A stretch of DNA of 64,000 nucleotides, from positions 18,654,711 to 18,718,710 of the forward strand of contig MU054187.1 in assembly GCA_013239625.1 (NCBI GenBank), read 5' to 3'. The notes below the pieces were generated by a model, which worked only from the letters and a program-made list of their open reading frames with translations, did not search any database and had not been told where the DNA came from. The DNA comes from Lama guanicoe (Eukaryota). Shown one piece after another: positions 50,075-62,762 of the stretch (position 1 is its first letter; the number at the start of each line of letters is the position of its first letter). Both the position numbers and the translations under genes were made by a program.

Positions 50075-50710
50075 GGGAAATGAAACAGGATATTGAAAAA
50101 ATATCTGTACACCCATGTTTACTCCAGCATTATTTACAATAACCAAGACATGAAAACAACCTAAATGCCTCTCAACAGGTGAATGGATAAAGAAATTGTG
50201 ATATATACAATGGAATGGAATATTATTCAGCCGTGAAAAGAGAGAAAACCCTGCCATTTGCAACAATATGGACAGATTTTGAGGGGATTATGCTAAGTGA
50301 AATAAGTCAGACAAAGATAAATAATGTATAATTTCACTTATATGTGGGTTTTAAAAGAGCTGTCTTTGTATGGAAAGTAGAATGGTGGTTATAAGGGGCT
50401 GGGGGTGGAGGAATTGGAGAGATACTGGTCAAAGGGTATAAACCTGCAATTAAAAGATGAGTAAGTTCTGGAGATCCAATGCCCAGCATTGTGATTATAG
50501 TCAACAATACTGTGATACACTTCAAAGTTGCTAAGACACTAGACCTTAAATGTTCTCACTGCAAAAAAAAAAGTGATGTGATGTGGTAGAGGTGTTAGTT
50601 AAAGCTATGGTGGTCATCATATTGCAATATATAAAAGTAGCAAATCAATAAATTACATACCTTAAACTTCCACAATGTGATATGCTAATTATATCTCAGT
50701 AAAAATAGAT
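50075..50710 (+). mobile_element. L1MA-like 3' end
   Basis: CACCCATGTTTACTCCAGCATTATTTACAATAACCAAGACATG...AAAGTTGCTAAGACACTAGACCTTAAATGTTCTCAC...ATTATATCTCAGTAAA. Confidence 0.85.
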
Positions 50711-50937
50711 CTTGAAAAAATAACAACAGAAAGTTGGGTTTCTGAATAAAATTTGCAGTGATTAAAAAATAATCTTGAAAATTTTCCTATGCATTTATTC
50801 AAATATTATATGCAATACAAATATAAACATGTACTAAGATATCTGTTAGTATTAATATTAATGGGACTTGACTGGACATATTTTGAAGCTTGCTTTTTCC
50901 TTCAGTTAAATATGTATATCTTGAAAGACTTTCCAGC

Positions 50938-52600
50938 ATTTATTCATTCATTCACAAAAACACTAAACATCTATTACGTAGCAGGCTTTTTCTAGATGCC
51001 TGACAGGCAGCAGTGAAAAAGGTAATGCCCCTAACCTCAACGTACATGATAAAAAGGGGAATAAGGAAAACAAACAATTAAATAAGCAGTAAGAATGGGG
51101 GTACCCAGTAAGGGAGTAGAGATAATAGGGGAAGTCTTCATTCTTCATTGGTCATGAAGGAGTCTTTTCAAGATGACAAACTAGAGTAGGTAACTAAACA
51201 AGGAAGTTGGACCCCAAGATATCTGGGAAGGACTTTCCAGGCAGAGGACAGAGCTGGTGCTGTGTCCCAGGAATGGGAGCAAGCTTGGCTTGTTCAAGTA
51301 ACCCAGAGAAGACTAGTGGGGGTGGGATGGAGCTTGCAGGAAGGGAGAATGGTGGTTGGTATTTGAGGTCACTAGGGTCGTGGTAAGAGGTTTGTAATTT
51401 ATTCTGGGTGCAGCAGAAAGCCATGAAAGATTTAAGCAGGGATGTGATGTGAACTTATCTAGGATTTTACAAGACCGCTCTGGCAGCTAAGTAGCTAATG
51501 GGCTGTTTGGGGAGCAAGAACAAAAGCAGAGTGACCAGGTAGGAATCCTGTGTCTGAGAAAAGCTGTGACTCATGGAGCTTCCAGGAATACAGTGAGGAG
51601 TGGTCAGTTTCAGGGTGTATATTACATGTAGAATTCATAGGCTATGCTGATGGACTGAATAGGGGAGAAGAATGATGGTGAGCAGAGAGAAACCAAGAAT
51701 AACTCTAGACTTTTGGCAGGAGTCATCCCTAGCATTTGGATGATTGGTGGCTACATCAGCTGAGATGCGAGAGCTGAGGGGAGCTCCGGGTTTGAGAGAA
51801 GAAGTGGAGAAAACGAAGTACTCTGATGTGGCTATGTTAAGATTAAATGATGTATTAGACATCAAAGTAGAGATGTTAAGTAGGTGTTTGAGTTCTCCCA
51901 GGCAAAATGAGAGGATTATCAGGTTTGGAGATATTGATTTAAAAGTCATCAACACATGGATGCTATCTGAAGCCATGGGAGTGAATGACGTCATTCTGGA
52001 AAAGAATCTGGGTACTGAAGTGGAGGGGGCCTAGAGCCCTGGGGCTTTCAACCTTGAAAAATGGGAAAGAGTAGGAAATAGGTGAAGAAGCAGCAATCCT
52101 CAGAAGTAATGGGAATGTGTCTTATAAAGGTCTACTCAGTCAAACACCTTTGACCAAGAAAGCAAGATGAGGACCAAGAATTATTATAGGAGTTGGCAAG
52201 ATGGAGGTCAACAGGGACCTTGATGAGGTAGTTCCGGAGAGCGATGGGGATAGAAACTTGACTCGGATATTAGAGAGAAAATGGAAGGTGAGAAAATAGT
52301 GACATCTGGGAGAGAAAACACTTTGAAAGAATTTTCTCTAAAGCTGAGCAGAGGATGGAGCGATTGGAAATAGACTAAGTTGAAGAAGAGGATTGCTTGT
52401 TCTCGTGTTTGTTTTTGAAATGACGATGATGACATCATGTTTTACACTAATGGGAATGTTCTGGTTGAGATTTTAAAATGGTGATTTATGAAGGGCTGGC
52501 GGCAGGAGCGAAGTCCTTGAAAACGTGAGAAGGGCTAGGATGGCCAGTGTGGGTGAAGATGTCAGGTTTAGTGAGCAGATCTAATTGGTGCTCCCTGAAT
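50938..52600 (-). mobile_element. LINE-2 remnant
   Basis: Begins CATTTATTCATTCATTCA (reverse complement of the L2 tail). Purine-rich body with CCAGGCAGAGGACAGAGC and TTTAAGCAGGGATGTGATGTGA. Confidence 0.75.
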
Positions 52601-52626
52601 CTTTGCTGAAGGAACTTAGGTTGTGT

Positions 52627-52730
52627 TTGCTTTTTCTTCTTCTTCTTCTGTTTTTTAATAGCAGTACTGGGGACTGAACCCGGGACCTCATGCCTTCTAA
52701 GCACTGCACTCTACCACTGAGCTCTACCCC
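52627..52730 (-). mobile_element. Camelid tRNA-derived SINE (short, diverged)
   Basis: GTACTGGGGACTGAACCCGGGACCTCATGC...CTCTACCACTGAGCT is the reverse complement of the SINE head. Confidence 0.85.
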
Positions 52731-53734
52731 GATACTCCTAGTTTTTCATTTTTAAACCTAACGCTGCTTTGGATATCCTTCTATGTTTATCTGTATATAT
52801 TTATTTGTCTTACTGAGGGATAAATTCTGAGAAGTATTTTTCTTAGTCAAAAGACTAGTTTAAATTTTATTAGATGTTGGAAAATTGCCTTTCAAAACAT
52901 TTCATTTTTTAATTCCTAGTGTTTTTTGAATGAATGGATAAATGCTGGAAAGTTTTTCAAGGTAAATATTTAACTGAAGGAAAATGCAAGCTTTTAATTT
53001 CCTGAACTTGGAAATACTAGCTCTAATGATCTATCCTACTATTGTCCTTTTCAGTCACTTACAGATTCCAGTTTAGATATTATTGGCTTTATCGATTTAA
53101 TTTTTGCCTCTTTTACAGTTTCACTTCCCCTTTGTTTTTCCTATATTCCTTTGTGATGACTCATCTTTGTACTATTTGGCCAGAATCTGGGCCTGGGGGA
53201 GTGTGAACCATGGAGGGTTTACATTGTAAACAAGACACTTTCTCGCAGCTGCCCAGGCACCTGCTCCCTTGGCCTCCTGTGAAAGGAAATTCCCAAGGCA
53301 GTGAGCAAGTCTCTCTCCAAAAAGGTTCCTCCGAGGAGACTTTGCAAATTCAACGGCTAAGTCTCTCCAGGGCCATACATTTCATAGTGAGGACACTGTG
53401 TCTGATTTGCTTAAAAAGTGTTCCTTATTGACAAGTTATACGATTTGGTATTTATGTAAAAAATTGCTTGCAGTAAAACCCATGGACTCCCATTGGATTA
53501 TAGGCAAACAGCCAACATTAAGCCACAAGACAGAAGGTGGTGATGCCACGGAGGAGGGACCGTTCAGGTAATGTCCTGGATTGGGTCCAAAAGTAGGTAG
53601 TGGTAAACCTCAGAGGCTCTGAAAGGAGGTGGCACAAAAGTTTAGCAGCCAAGTTATTGGTACCACTTTTAAACCAACTGTTTAGAGGGATGTGGCTCAG
53701 ACCTCTGTCCTGCTCTGGTGGCTGTTTATGCTAA

Positions 53735-54464
<730 letters not shown>

Positions 54465-54733
54465 AAAAGATGCACTTGAAGAATCTTTTCCTTAGGGCTC
54501 AAGATGGCCACTTGTTCATCTCAAACCAAGTTTGTTCCACAGGTGGCCCCTCTCAGACCCTGAACCAGTAATAACCCCTTTGCCCCTCCAGACCACAGTA
54601 CAGGAGCCAGCCCACCTGTCCTGTCTCCTCCCATCCCAATGGTCAGTTATCCCTCCAGGGTTTTATCATTCTTTCCAGCTCTCTGCTTAGCCTGGTCCAG
54701 GTTTCTTTTCAAAACTTTGGCCCTCAAAGATAC

Positions 54734-54770
54734 TGTGTGTGTGTGTATGTGTGTGTGTGCGTGTGTGTGT
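54734..54770. repeat. Interrupted (TG)n microsatellite
   Basis: Direct reading of the sequence. Confidence 0.9.
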
Positions 54771-55839
54771 TTACAAGGGAGCAGTAGGACTTTGTCAAAT
54801 GCGGATCTTCTATCACAAATATGGTTATACCATCTGCCATCACCTGGAGAAAGATATTACTGGATTATTTAAAGTTTGAATTTTCTTGACCTGGATGTTT
54901 GGGTTTGGGAATCTGTTTAGGCTAAACAGCATGTGCTTCAAGAATCATTCGTTAATGCTTATCTAAAGCTGGAACTGCGCTATCGTGGTGAGATTTGGGA
55001 TCAAATAGGTGAGCTTCCTGACGAGATCCCAAGACTTCCTGGAGACTTAAGAAATGTGTTTTCTCCGTCCTTCCCTTTCTCCTAACTCTTTATTTTTAAA
55101 CCCAGTTGTGAATTGACTGATAGAAGTTTTGGACAAGGTGGATGCATGGCCCCAAAAGAGACCAGAAAGACGGGTGATCTTTCATGACAAGTACTGTATC
55201 AGAGTAGGGGCAGCCTGGATAGTTAAGTGGCCGGCTGGGTAATTATTACCAGAGAGGAACATTCGAGTTCAATTGCTCTTGCTCTCAGTTTTCTCAGTTT
55301 TTATTGCTTCTGATAAGGACTTGCTTCACCTTTAACTGGTTTATAAATAACAACTTCATGGAACAAGTTTCCTCACTTATTTATCTTGGAGTCCATTTTG
55401 CTGGGAGTTTATGGTGAAAGAAACATCATGAAGAAGCCTTACTTGGTGCAGGGCACTGTATGCATGGTTTACTGAGAGTGATCTGTCATAGCTGTTGACA
55501 AGGAGGTTTGGATACAGCTGCTTTAAAAATTGCCCAGGCTAAAAATACGGAGTAGAACTCTGGGGACTGGCTGCTTATTCTTTTGTGAAGTGGATGTGGG
55601 TTGGCCTTCTAAGACCTGATTCCGTATTCACCTCCTCAGCCTTCACAAGAGGACACAACTCCATCTTCAGACCGTCTCCTGGCAAAACCCAGTCACGGCC
55701 GAGCAGATACTTGCTGGTATCTGTAGAGCAAGTGTCAGCTCATTATCACCCAACAGTTGAGAGAATCAATATTCTTGTAGGGATATTTGAAGGAAACACG
55801 GTCCATTCACTCTTTATCAGAGTCTAAAATTGATCCCGG

Positions 55840-56380
55840 ACCAAGCCAGACCAGAAGAGAGCTGAGCCCCGTCGGGTCCACTGACCTGGGGCATACAAGG
55901 TTGCTACACAGAAGGAGATCCCAGACCCAGATCTGAGATGTCGGGGGCTTTCCAGAGGAAGTGATGTCTAAGGCAAGACCTGAGGCTAAGTAGCCATAAT
56001 AGCAGGCAAAGAAAGATGATGTAAAAGAGAGCCAAGAGGTAAGAGAGAGTGCACAGAATGTTGAAGGAACTGGGGGCGACGATTCAGTGTGCCTGGAGCA
56101 CAGGGAGTCAGGGAGGAAGTGGCAAGAGGTCAAGCAGGCAGGCAGGAGCCAGATTGTGCAGAGACGAGAAAACTGGGTTAAAGGTCTGAATTTTGTCCTC
56201 ACAGCAACAGGAAACCACTGAAAAGGCTGATGTCAGGGAGACGACAAGCTGAGATGTACCTTTTTGAAAAATCATTCTGGTTGCACTGCAGTGCTAGAGG
56301 GAAAATATCAAAAGACAAGACAGGGAGCTGGAAGACCACCTGGGGGCTGTCCTGGTAGGAGATGACAGTACACAGAGAGA
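55840..56380 (-). mobile_element. LINE-2 remnant
   Basis: GGCTTTCCAGAGGAAGTGATGTCTAAG..AGACCTGA, GAGCCAGATTGTGCAG and AAAATCATTCTGGTTGCA motifs. Confidence 0.65.
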
Positions 56381-56689
56381 AAGTGTCTGTCTGTTGGCGG
56401 GCATGTCATCTGGGGTGCCTTGGAACTCCTCAAGTCACAACATCTCACTTGGTTTTCATATTCCCTGGTTGCACCTGCTTTTTTTAAAATAACAATCACT
56501 CAGAGGGTTGTCTTAAAACAACAGCAAAGCACAACAGAGACCACACAAGTTATAGGCAACTTAATTTTGTTGGCTGGGAGATTTTGGAGAAATATAAAAC
56601 ATTCTACTGTCTCATTTTATTTTTTTTAATTGGCTCAGCTTTATTCAATATCTACAACATACTTGAAATATACACAAGTTCTATGTTCT

Positions 56690-57400
56690 GACAGATCAGG
56701 AGCCATCTTTGATTCCTGTCTCTCTTTTATACTTCACATCTAAGGAATTACCAAGTCCTATTAGAATCTGCCTTGGAAGTTTCTCACAGTCTTTCCATCT
56801 CTTTTTTCACCCTCACCACCATCATACTCTGGGGCACATCATTTTCCTTCCAAAAGCCCCCTAACTGGTTTTCCTTTCTTTGGTGTTGCACCCACCTGTC
56901 TGTTTCCTACTCTACAGCTGGAGTGATCCTTCTACATGTAAAATGATCACGCCACCACTCTCATCATTCTTCCAATGCCCACGACGGCTCCTCATTGCCC
57001 ATAAGATAAAAAGCAAGCCCTAGCTTGCCTTTTTCTCTAGACTGAAATTTTACCACTCTCCTCTTACAGTCCCTACTAAAACTTCTGAACTTTGTTCTGT
57101 CTTTTTACAGCTGTACCTCAACCCTTGGATTCACAAATGCTGTTCCCCGGAATGGCTTAGAATGTGGTATATTCTCTCTTCTCTGGTTATCTCCTATTCC
57201 TTCCCCAGCTCTCAGTCTGAACCTTGTCTCCTCAGTCTTTCACAATTGCCAGATTTAGCTAAGACATAATAGTTACGCTTTTATAAGTATAATTCTATCA
57301 TAATCTCCATCATACATTGTTAATTCTTTTAAATGCATCTCTCTTCTGGCTGAGCATTCCTGTCTTGTTCCCTTTGCGTATTTCCTAGTATCTAGAAGAT
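56690..57400 (+). mobile_element. LINE-2 remnant
   Basis: GGAGCCATCTTTGATTCCT, CACCACCATC..CCCCTAACTGGT and CAGCTGGAGTGATC..TGATCAC motifs. Confidence 0.6.
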
Positions 57401-57415
57401 AAAAAACATGCTTCA

Positions 57416-57544
57416 GGTGGGGAGGGCCTAGCTCAGCAGCAGAGTGCCTGCTTAGCATGCAGGAGGGCCTGGGTTCAATCTCCAACAACTCCATTAAAAA
57501 TAAATAAATAAATAAACAAATAAATCTAATTACCTCTCCCCCTA
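57416..57544 (+). mobile_element. Camelid tRNA-derived SINE (Vic-1 type)
   Basis: SINE head and tail. Imperfect TSD AAAAA(T)ACATG(C/T)TTCA. Confidence 0.88.
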
Positions 57545-57579
57545 AAAAATACATGTTTCAAATTAAAAATGAATTATGA

Positions 57580-59395
57580 AAAAAATCCTGAAAAAGAACA
57601 AAGTTGGAGAATACACACTTTCTAATCTCAAAACTTACTGCAAAGTAAAATCAAGACAGTGTGGCAGTGACATAGGGATAGATGATTGAGAGTCCAGAAA
57701 TAGACTCACGAATTCATTTTCTTGATGAGAGTGCCAAGACTATTCAGTGGGCAAAATTATTAGATTTGGCAATGGTTTCCTACATATGACACCAAAAGCA
57801 AGCAAGAAAAGAAAAAAAAAATCAGGGCTTCTTAAAAATTAAACACTTTTGTGCTTCAAAGGACACCATCAAGAAAGTGAAAAGACAACCCACAAAAAGG
57901 AAGAAGATTTTTGCAAACTGTATTTCTGATAAGGGAGTTGTATCTAGAATATATGTTCCTAAAAACATCATAACTCTGTAATACAAAGACAACCCAATTG
58001 AGCAGAGTATCTGAAAACACATTTCCCCAAAGAAGATATAAAAATGGCTCATAAGCACATGAAAAGGTGCTCACCGACATCAGTGTCTGAGAAATGCAAA
58101 TCAAAACCATAATGAAGTACCATTTCATACCCACTAGGATGACCACAATCAAAAAGACAGTAAGTGTTTGGTGTGAATGTGGAGAAATCCACACCCTCAG
58201 ACATTGCTGCTGGGAATATAAAGTTACGGAGAGACTTTGCAAAACAATCCGGCAGTTCCTCAAAAAGTTTAACAGAGCATTATCATGTGATCCAGCAGTT
58301 CCACTCCGAGAGAAATGAAAGTAACACAACCATGCAGAAACTGGAGCACCAGTGCTCACAGCAGCATTATTCCTAATAGCCAAGGAACAACCCAAATATC
58401 CATTAACTGATAAATGAAAAAACAACATGTGGTATATCCATATGATGAAATATTATTTGACCATAAAAAGAAACGACGCTTTGATAAACACTACAGTGTG
58501 AATGAGCCTTGAGAACATTGTGCTAAGCGCTAAGTGAAAGAAGCCAGTCACAAAAGATCACATATTACATGATTCCATTTATATGAAATGTTCATTATAA
58601 GCAAATCTGTAGGGACAGAAAGTAGGTTAGTATTTGCCTGGGACTGGGAGAAATGGGAGGATCAGGCAGTGATAGCTAAAGGGTAGATGGTTTCTTAGGG
58701 GATGATAAAACTATTCTAAAATTGGGGGGTGAGTATAGCTCTGTGGTAGAGCACATGGTTAGCATGCACGAGGTCCTGGGTACAATCCCCAGTACCTCCA
58801 TTAAAAAAAAGAAAGAATAATGCCATTTGCAGCAATATGGATAGACCTGAAGATTGTCATTCTAGGCGAAGTGGGCCAGAAAGAGAAAGAAAAATGCCAT
58901 ATGACATCATTTATGTGAGGAATCTAAAAAATAATAACAAAATAATGACACAAATGAGCTAATTATTATTTTGCTTTCTTGAATATGTGTAAGCACATTT
59001 GACTGTCCTTTATGACTGGATTACCACATTCTGTTGATTCTTATTTTGAGGTTGGCTTTATTCCTTTGAAAACTATGTAAGTTTAAAAAGCTAAAGATCT
59101 AATCTGTTCTTAGAAACAATAATTAGTACATATATGTAAACTTAAAAAATGTGCAGTATTCTGTATATATGTATTTACATGCAATATAATGTGTATGTGC
59201 AGTCGAACTGTAATAATTCTACTTAATAAAACTGAAAAAGGAGGAAAAAAAGAAAGAAAATATTCTAAAATTGACTGTGGTGATGGTTGCACAATTTCAT
59301 GAATATAGTAAAAAACTGCTGAAATGTTCACTCTGAATGTGTGAATTGTATGGTGTGTGAATTATATCTCAATCAAGCTGGTACCAAAAAATGAA
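57580..59395 (+). mobile_element. Old L1M (ORF2 remnant + 3' UTR) hosting the composite insert
   Basis: MQIKTIMKYHFIPTRMTTIKK ORF2 remnant (58094) and a 3' end GTGAATTATATCTCAATCAAGCTG. Confidence 0.85.
58725..59260 (+). mobile_element. Composite retroposed insert: SINE head + L1 fragment + unassigned AT-rich sequence + A-rich tail
   Basis: Bounded by the exact 13-bp direct repeat TATTCTAAAATTG at 58712-58724 and 59261-59273, inside an older L1 3' end. Confidence 0.8.
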
Positions 59396-59732
59396 TTATA
59401 AGTGGGGAAATGAAAATAACTTACAGACAGGAAGTTGAAAGAGGCCAGAGGGGAAAAGGGGAAAAAGAGACAAAAAGAAGGAAGAGGAAGAAAAATGCAA
59501 GAAATGAAACGTCAGGAGTAGACGAGAAAAAAACAATAGGCACCATTGGAAAAAAGAGAACAGGAAAGTAGGGGAGAAAAAAAGAACAGGAAATTTTCTC
59601 TCCTGGAAAAAAGAATGCAGGAAAGTACCTGGAGGAAGATATTTAAACAGAAGGGAGAGAAATTAATTTAGCTTTTAAAGGCTATTCAAGTGACCTCTTT
59701 TTGCCACTGTCCTTTTAAACTTATTAGCTGTT

Positions 59733-59872
59733 TTTTTTTCAATTTTTTTTTTGGTTGGGGGTGGTAATTAGGTTTATTTATTTATGTATTTTTAAAGGAG
59801 GTACTGGGGATTGAACCCAGGACCTTGTGCGTGCTAAGCAGGCACTCTACCACTGAGCTATACCCTCCCCTC
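59733..59872 (-). mobile_element. Camelid tRNA-derived SINE (Vic-1 type)
   Basis: Near-consensus head. Perfect 17-bp TSD TAAACTTATTAGCTGTT at 59716-59732 and 59873-59889. Confidence 0.93.
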
Positions 59873-60190
59873 TAAACTTATTAGCTGTTAATAACCACTC
59901 TTCACTGGTTGGTTGCCTTACACTGAAGGAGAAGGGGTCATAGATGCCCACAGTGGAAAATGTTTTTCTGGCCTTCAGCTTCCATAGCCGGAGTAATACC
60001 GCTTTACAGGGCATTTGCAAAGGGCTAGTGATGTCTCCCTGGCTGTGTTTAGATACCTTTCCAAGATAGTGCTGACTTAAGAAACCTTCAATTAGTTGGC
60101 AATACCTCAACTGGACTCTTGGCCTCTTCTCCCCCTACTCAAGACATCACCAAAAATAGATTTTCCTCCAAGCAAAAATACTTAAGGGAG

Positions 60191-60320
60191 CCCTATAATG
60201 GAAAAGACTCTGAAAATATACATATTTGTATGTATATGTGTAAGTGAATTGCTTTGCTGTGCACCTGAATCTAACATTGTAAATCAATTATAGTTTAATA
60301 AAAAAAAGAATTAAAAAGAG
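60191..60320 (+). mobile_element. Short L1 3' end with an (AG)n tail
   Basis: CCTATAATGGAAAAGACTCTGAAAA...GCTTTGCTGTGCACCTGAATCTAACATTGTAAATCAA. Confidence 0.8.
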
Positions 60321-60403
60321 AGAGAGAGAGAGAGAAGCCCTGTCTTGATGAGACCCTTTGGGGGAGACACTCTTTCCCCTACCGTCATTCCTAACGCAGC
60401 TCA

Positions 60404-60849
60404 TGTAATGGATGTGGTGATATACCGCCCAGGTACCCCTTCCAGATCGAAGAACTCAGCTCTCCATTGTTGGGGCTGTATCGACTGACTGGCTGCTCTG
60501 AGCTGTCAGCCTTGCTCTGGAAATTGTCCTTGCTGAAGACTGTCCCCTCTTCCTATGTCACAACCCCTTCCTAGTGGAAGTCTTCATCCAGTGCCTGGTT
60601 AATGTGGGTATATAAAGGCCTGACCCCATCGGCCAGCTCCAGACAACTCAAAAGGCCATCCCAGCTTCAGAGCGCCCTGTGTGCTTGACTGAGGCCTCGG
60701 GTGACAGCCCGCAGCCCAGCTCCTCCCTCAGCCCGAGTCTGCTGCCTTCCCTGTCCTCCCAGGTGTGGATCCCAAGTCCACTCTCTAATAAATACCTGCA
60801 TGCTGGTCTTCATCTCAGTGTCTGCTTTCTGGGAATCCAGTCTGCAACA
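60404..60849 (+). mobile_element. ERVL LTR (LTR16-like), followed by a few bases of internal leader (GGTGGTACCAG)
   Basis: TG...CA ends, TATATAAA at ~60609, AATAAA at 60787-60792, and a CATCTCAGTGTCTGCTTTCTGGGAA U5 region. Confidence 0.8.
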
Positions 60850-60879
60850 GGTGGTACCAGAATCGGGACGCTCGGAAGA

Positions 60880-61160
60880 AACTGACTACATATAGTATGA
60901 TTCCATTTCTAAGAAATATCCAGGAGAGGCAAATCTATAGAGACAGAAAGCAGATGAGTGCTTGCCTAGGGCTGGAAGGAATGGTAGCGCTAGGGGTCAC
61001 GGCCAGGAGGTGCAGGATTTCTCTGAGGGTAACGAAAACACTCTGAAATTGATGGATAGGGATGCACAGCTTTGTGAATATACTAAAAGCTACTGAATTG
61101 TGCACTGTCGTTGGGTGAATTGTGAAGTATGTAAGTTACAGAGCTGTTAAGAAAAAAGAA
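60880..61160 (+). mobile_element. Old L1M 3' end
   Basis: TATGATTCCATTT...GGCAAATCTATAGAGACAGAAAGCAGAT...GTGAATATACTAAAAGCTACTGAATTGTGCACT. Confidence 0.8.
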
Positions 61161-62289
61161 ATTGAAATGAATACATTTACAGAGAGACTCAAACTGATGG
61201 AGTTTATCGTCAGCCGATCCGCACCAAAAGAAATGGTGAAAGAAGTTCTTTAGGCCAAAGGGAACTGACATCATACATAAATTCCACCTTTAAGAAGGAA
61301 AGACTGAAGAGAATGGGGAAATACTAGTATGTGGGTAAACGTGCCTACTTATTTATTGACCCTTTCATACGTGCATATACATATACACCTGTACATATAT
61401 ATTTCCCTCTTACTTTCTTTAGAAGACATGAATGAATATTCTACACTCTTTTTTATAATTTACCAATTGATGAACATTTTGATTATTTGAAGTTTGGGGC
61501 TATTGTGAAAAAAACTGCTAACATTCATATACAAGTCCTTGAGAAGACTGTTTTTTCATTTCTTGTGGATAAATACACACCAGCAAGGTTGCTGGGTTGT
61601 GGAAGTGTGTGTTTCGCTTTATTAGAAACTTCCAACGTGTTTTCCAATGTCCGTATTATTTGATGCATGAGAGTTCCAGCTGCTCCACACCCTCAACCAA
61701 ACTTGACCTTGTCAGCTACACTAGTGCATGTGCAACGGCATCTCAATGCAGTTTTAATTTACATTTCCCAAATATGTAAACACTACCTATGCTATACACC
61801 TTTTCATATACATATTGACTTAACTGATATCCATATATTGTCTTTGGTGGAACCTCTGTTCAAAGCTGCCTATTTATTATCAAGGTTTTTTGTTTGTTTT
61901 TCTTGAGCTGTAAGAGTTCTTTAGATTCTGCATTCAAATTTTTCATTATATATATGTATGTTTTGCAAAGATTTTCTCTCAGCTGTGGCTTGCCTTTTAA
62001 TTTTTCAACAGTGACTTCTGAAGAGCAAAAGTTCTTATTCTGATGAAATCCATATGATCAACTTTTCCTTTTTGTTTTTCTTATTGAAAAAATTCTTGCC
62101 TTATCCAATGTTGCAGACATTTTCTCCTATAATTTTTTCTAGAAGTTTTAGAATTTTTGCTTTACATTGAGGTCTATGACCCATTTTTGGTTAGTTGTTA
62201 GTATATAGTATGAAATAGATGGAGGTTCATTTTTTCTCATATGGATATCCAGTTTTTCCAGCACCATTTACTGAAAACACTATCATTTA

Positions 62290-62426
62290 TGTTTAGCAGT
62301 ATCCCTGGCTTCTAACTACTAGATGCCAGTAGCCCCTCCTCCCCAAGTCATGAAAATAAAAAAAATGTTGCCAGACGTTGCTGGAAGTCACGAGGGGGCA
62401 ATGGTATCCTGGCTTGAGAACCACTG
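62290..62426. mobile_element. MER20-like hAT-Charlie fragment
   Basis: TGTTTAGCAGTATCCCTGGC...ACTAGATGCCAGTAGC...TTGAGAACCACTG. Confidence 0.8.
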
Positions 62427-62645
62427 TTTTAAGAAAATCGTGTAACTATTTTCCTCCAACTTTGCTCTTTTCCTTTTTTTTTAATTCAAATTGATTTGGC
62501 AATTCTGGGATTTTGCATTTTCATATCAATTTTAGAATTTGCTTGTCAGTTTCTATAAAATTGCCTTCTGAACTTTGCATATAATTGCAGAATCTATAGA
62601 TCCTTTGGGGGATAACCTGCATCTTAAAAATATTGGCTCTTCTCA

Positions 62646-62762
62646 GAGGGAGGGTATAGCCCAAGTGGTAGAGTGCATGCTTAGCAATGCTGCAAGGTCC
62701 TGGGTTCAATCCCTAGTTATTCCTCTAAAAATAAATAAGTGAACCTAATTACCTCCCCCCTC
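62646..62762 (+). mobile_element. Camelid tRNA-derived SINE inside an old L1
   Basis: SINE head and tail. Imperfect TSD ATTGGCT(C/T)TTCT. Confidence 0.9.

Noticed and set aside
53200..53710. Possible ancient LTR plus leader just upstream of the GSTP1 retrocopy that could drive its transcription
   Set aside because: It has a TG start and an AGTAAA-like signal, but I cannot assign a family or boundaries, and nothing in the sequence shows transcription.
57856..58428. 190-aa minus-strand ORF and similar hydrophobic ORFs (e.g. 18328-18885, 25104-25631)
   Set aside because: Antisense readings of L1 or SINE sequence, or chance ORFs with no recognisable homology or splice structure.
59545..59632. 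Three loose AGAACAGGAAA-like units (hormone-response half-site or ETS-like)
   Set aside because: They sit in a purine-rich low-complexity tract where such words arise by chance, and there is no palindromic full element.
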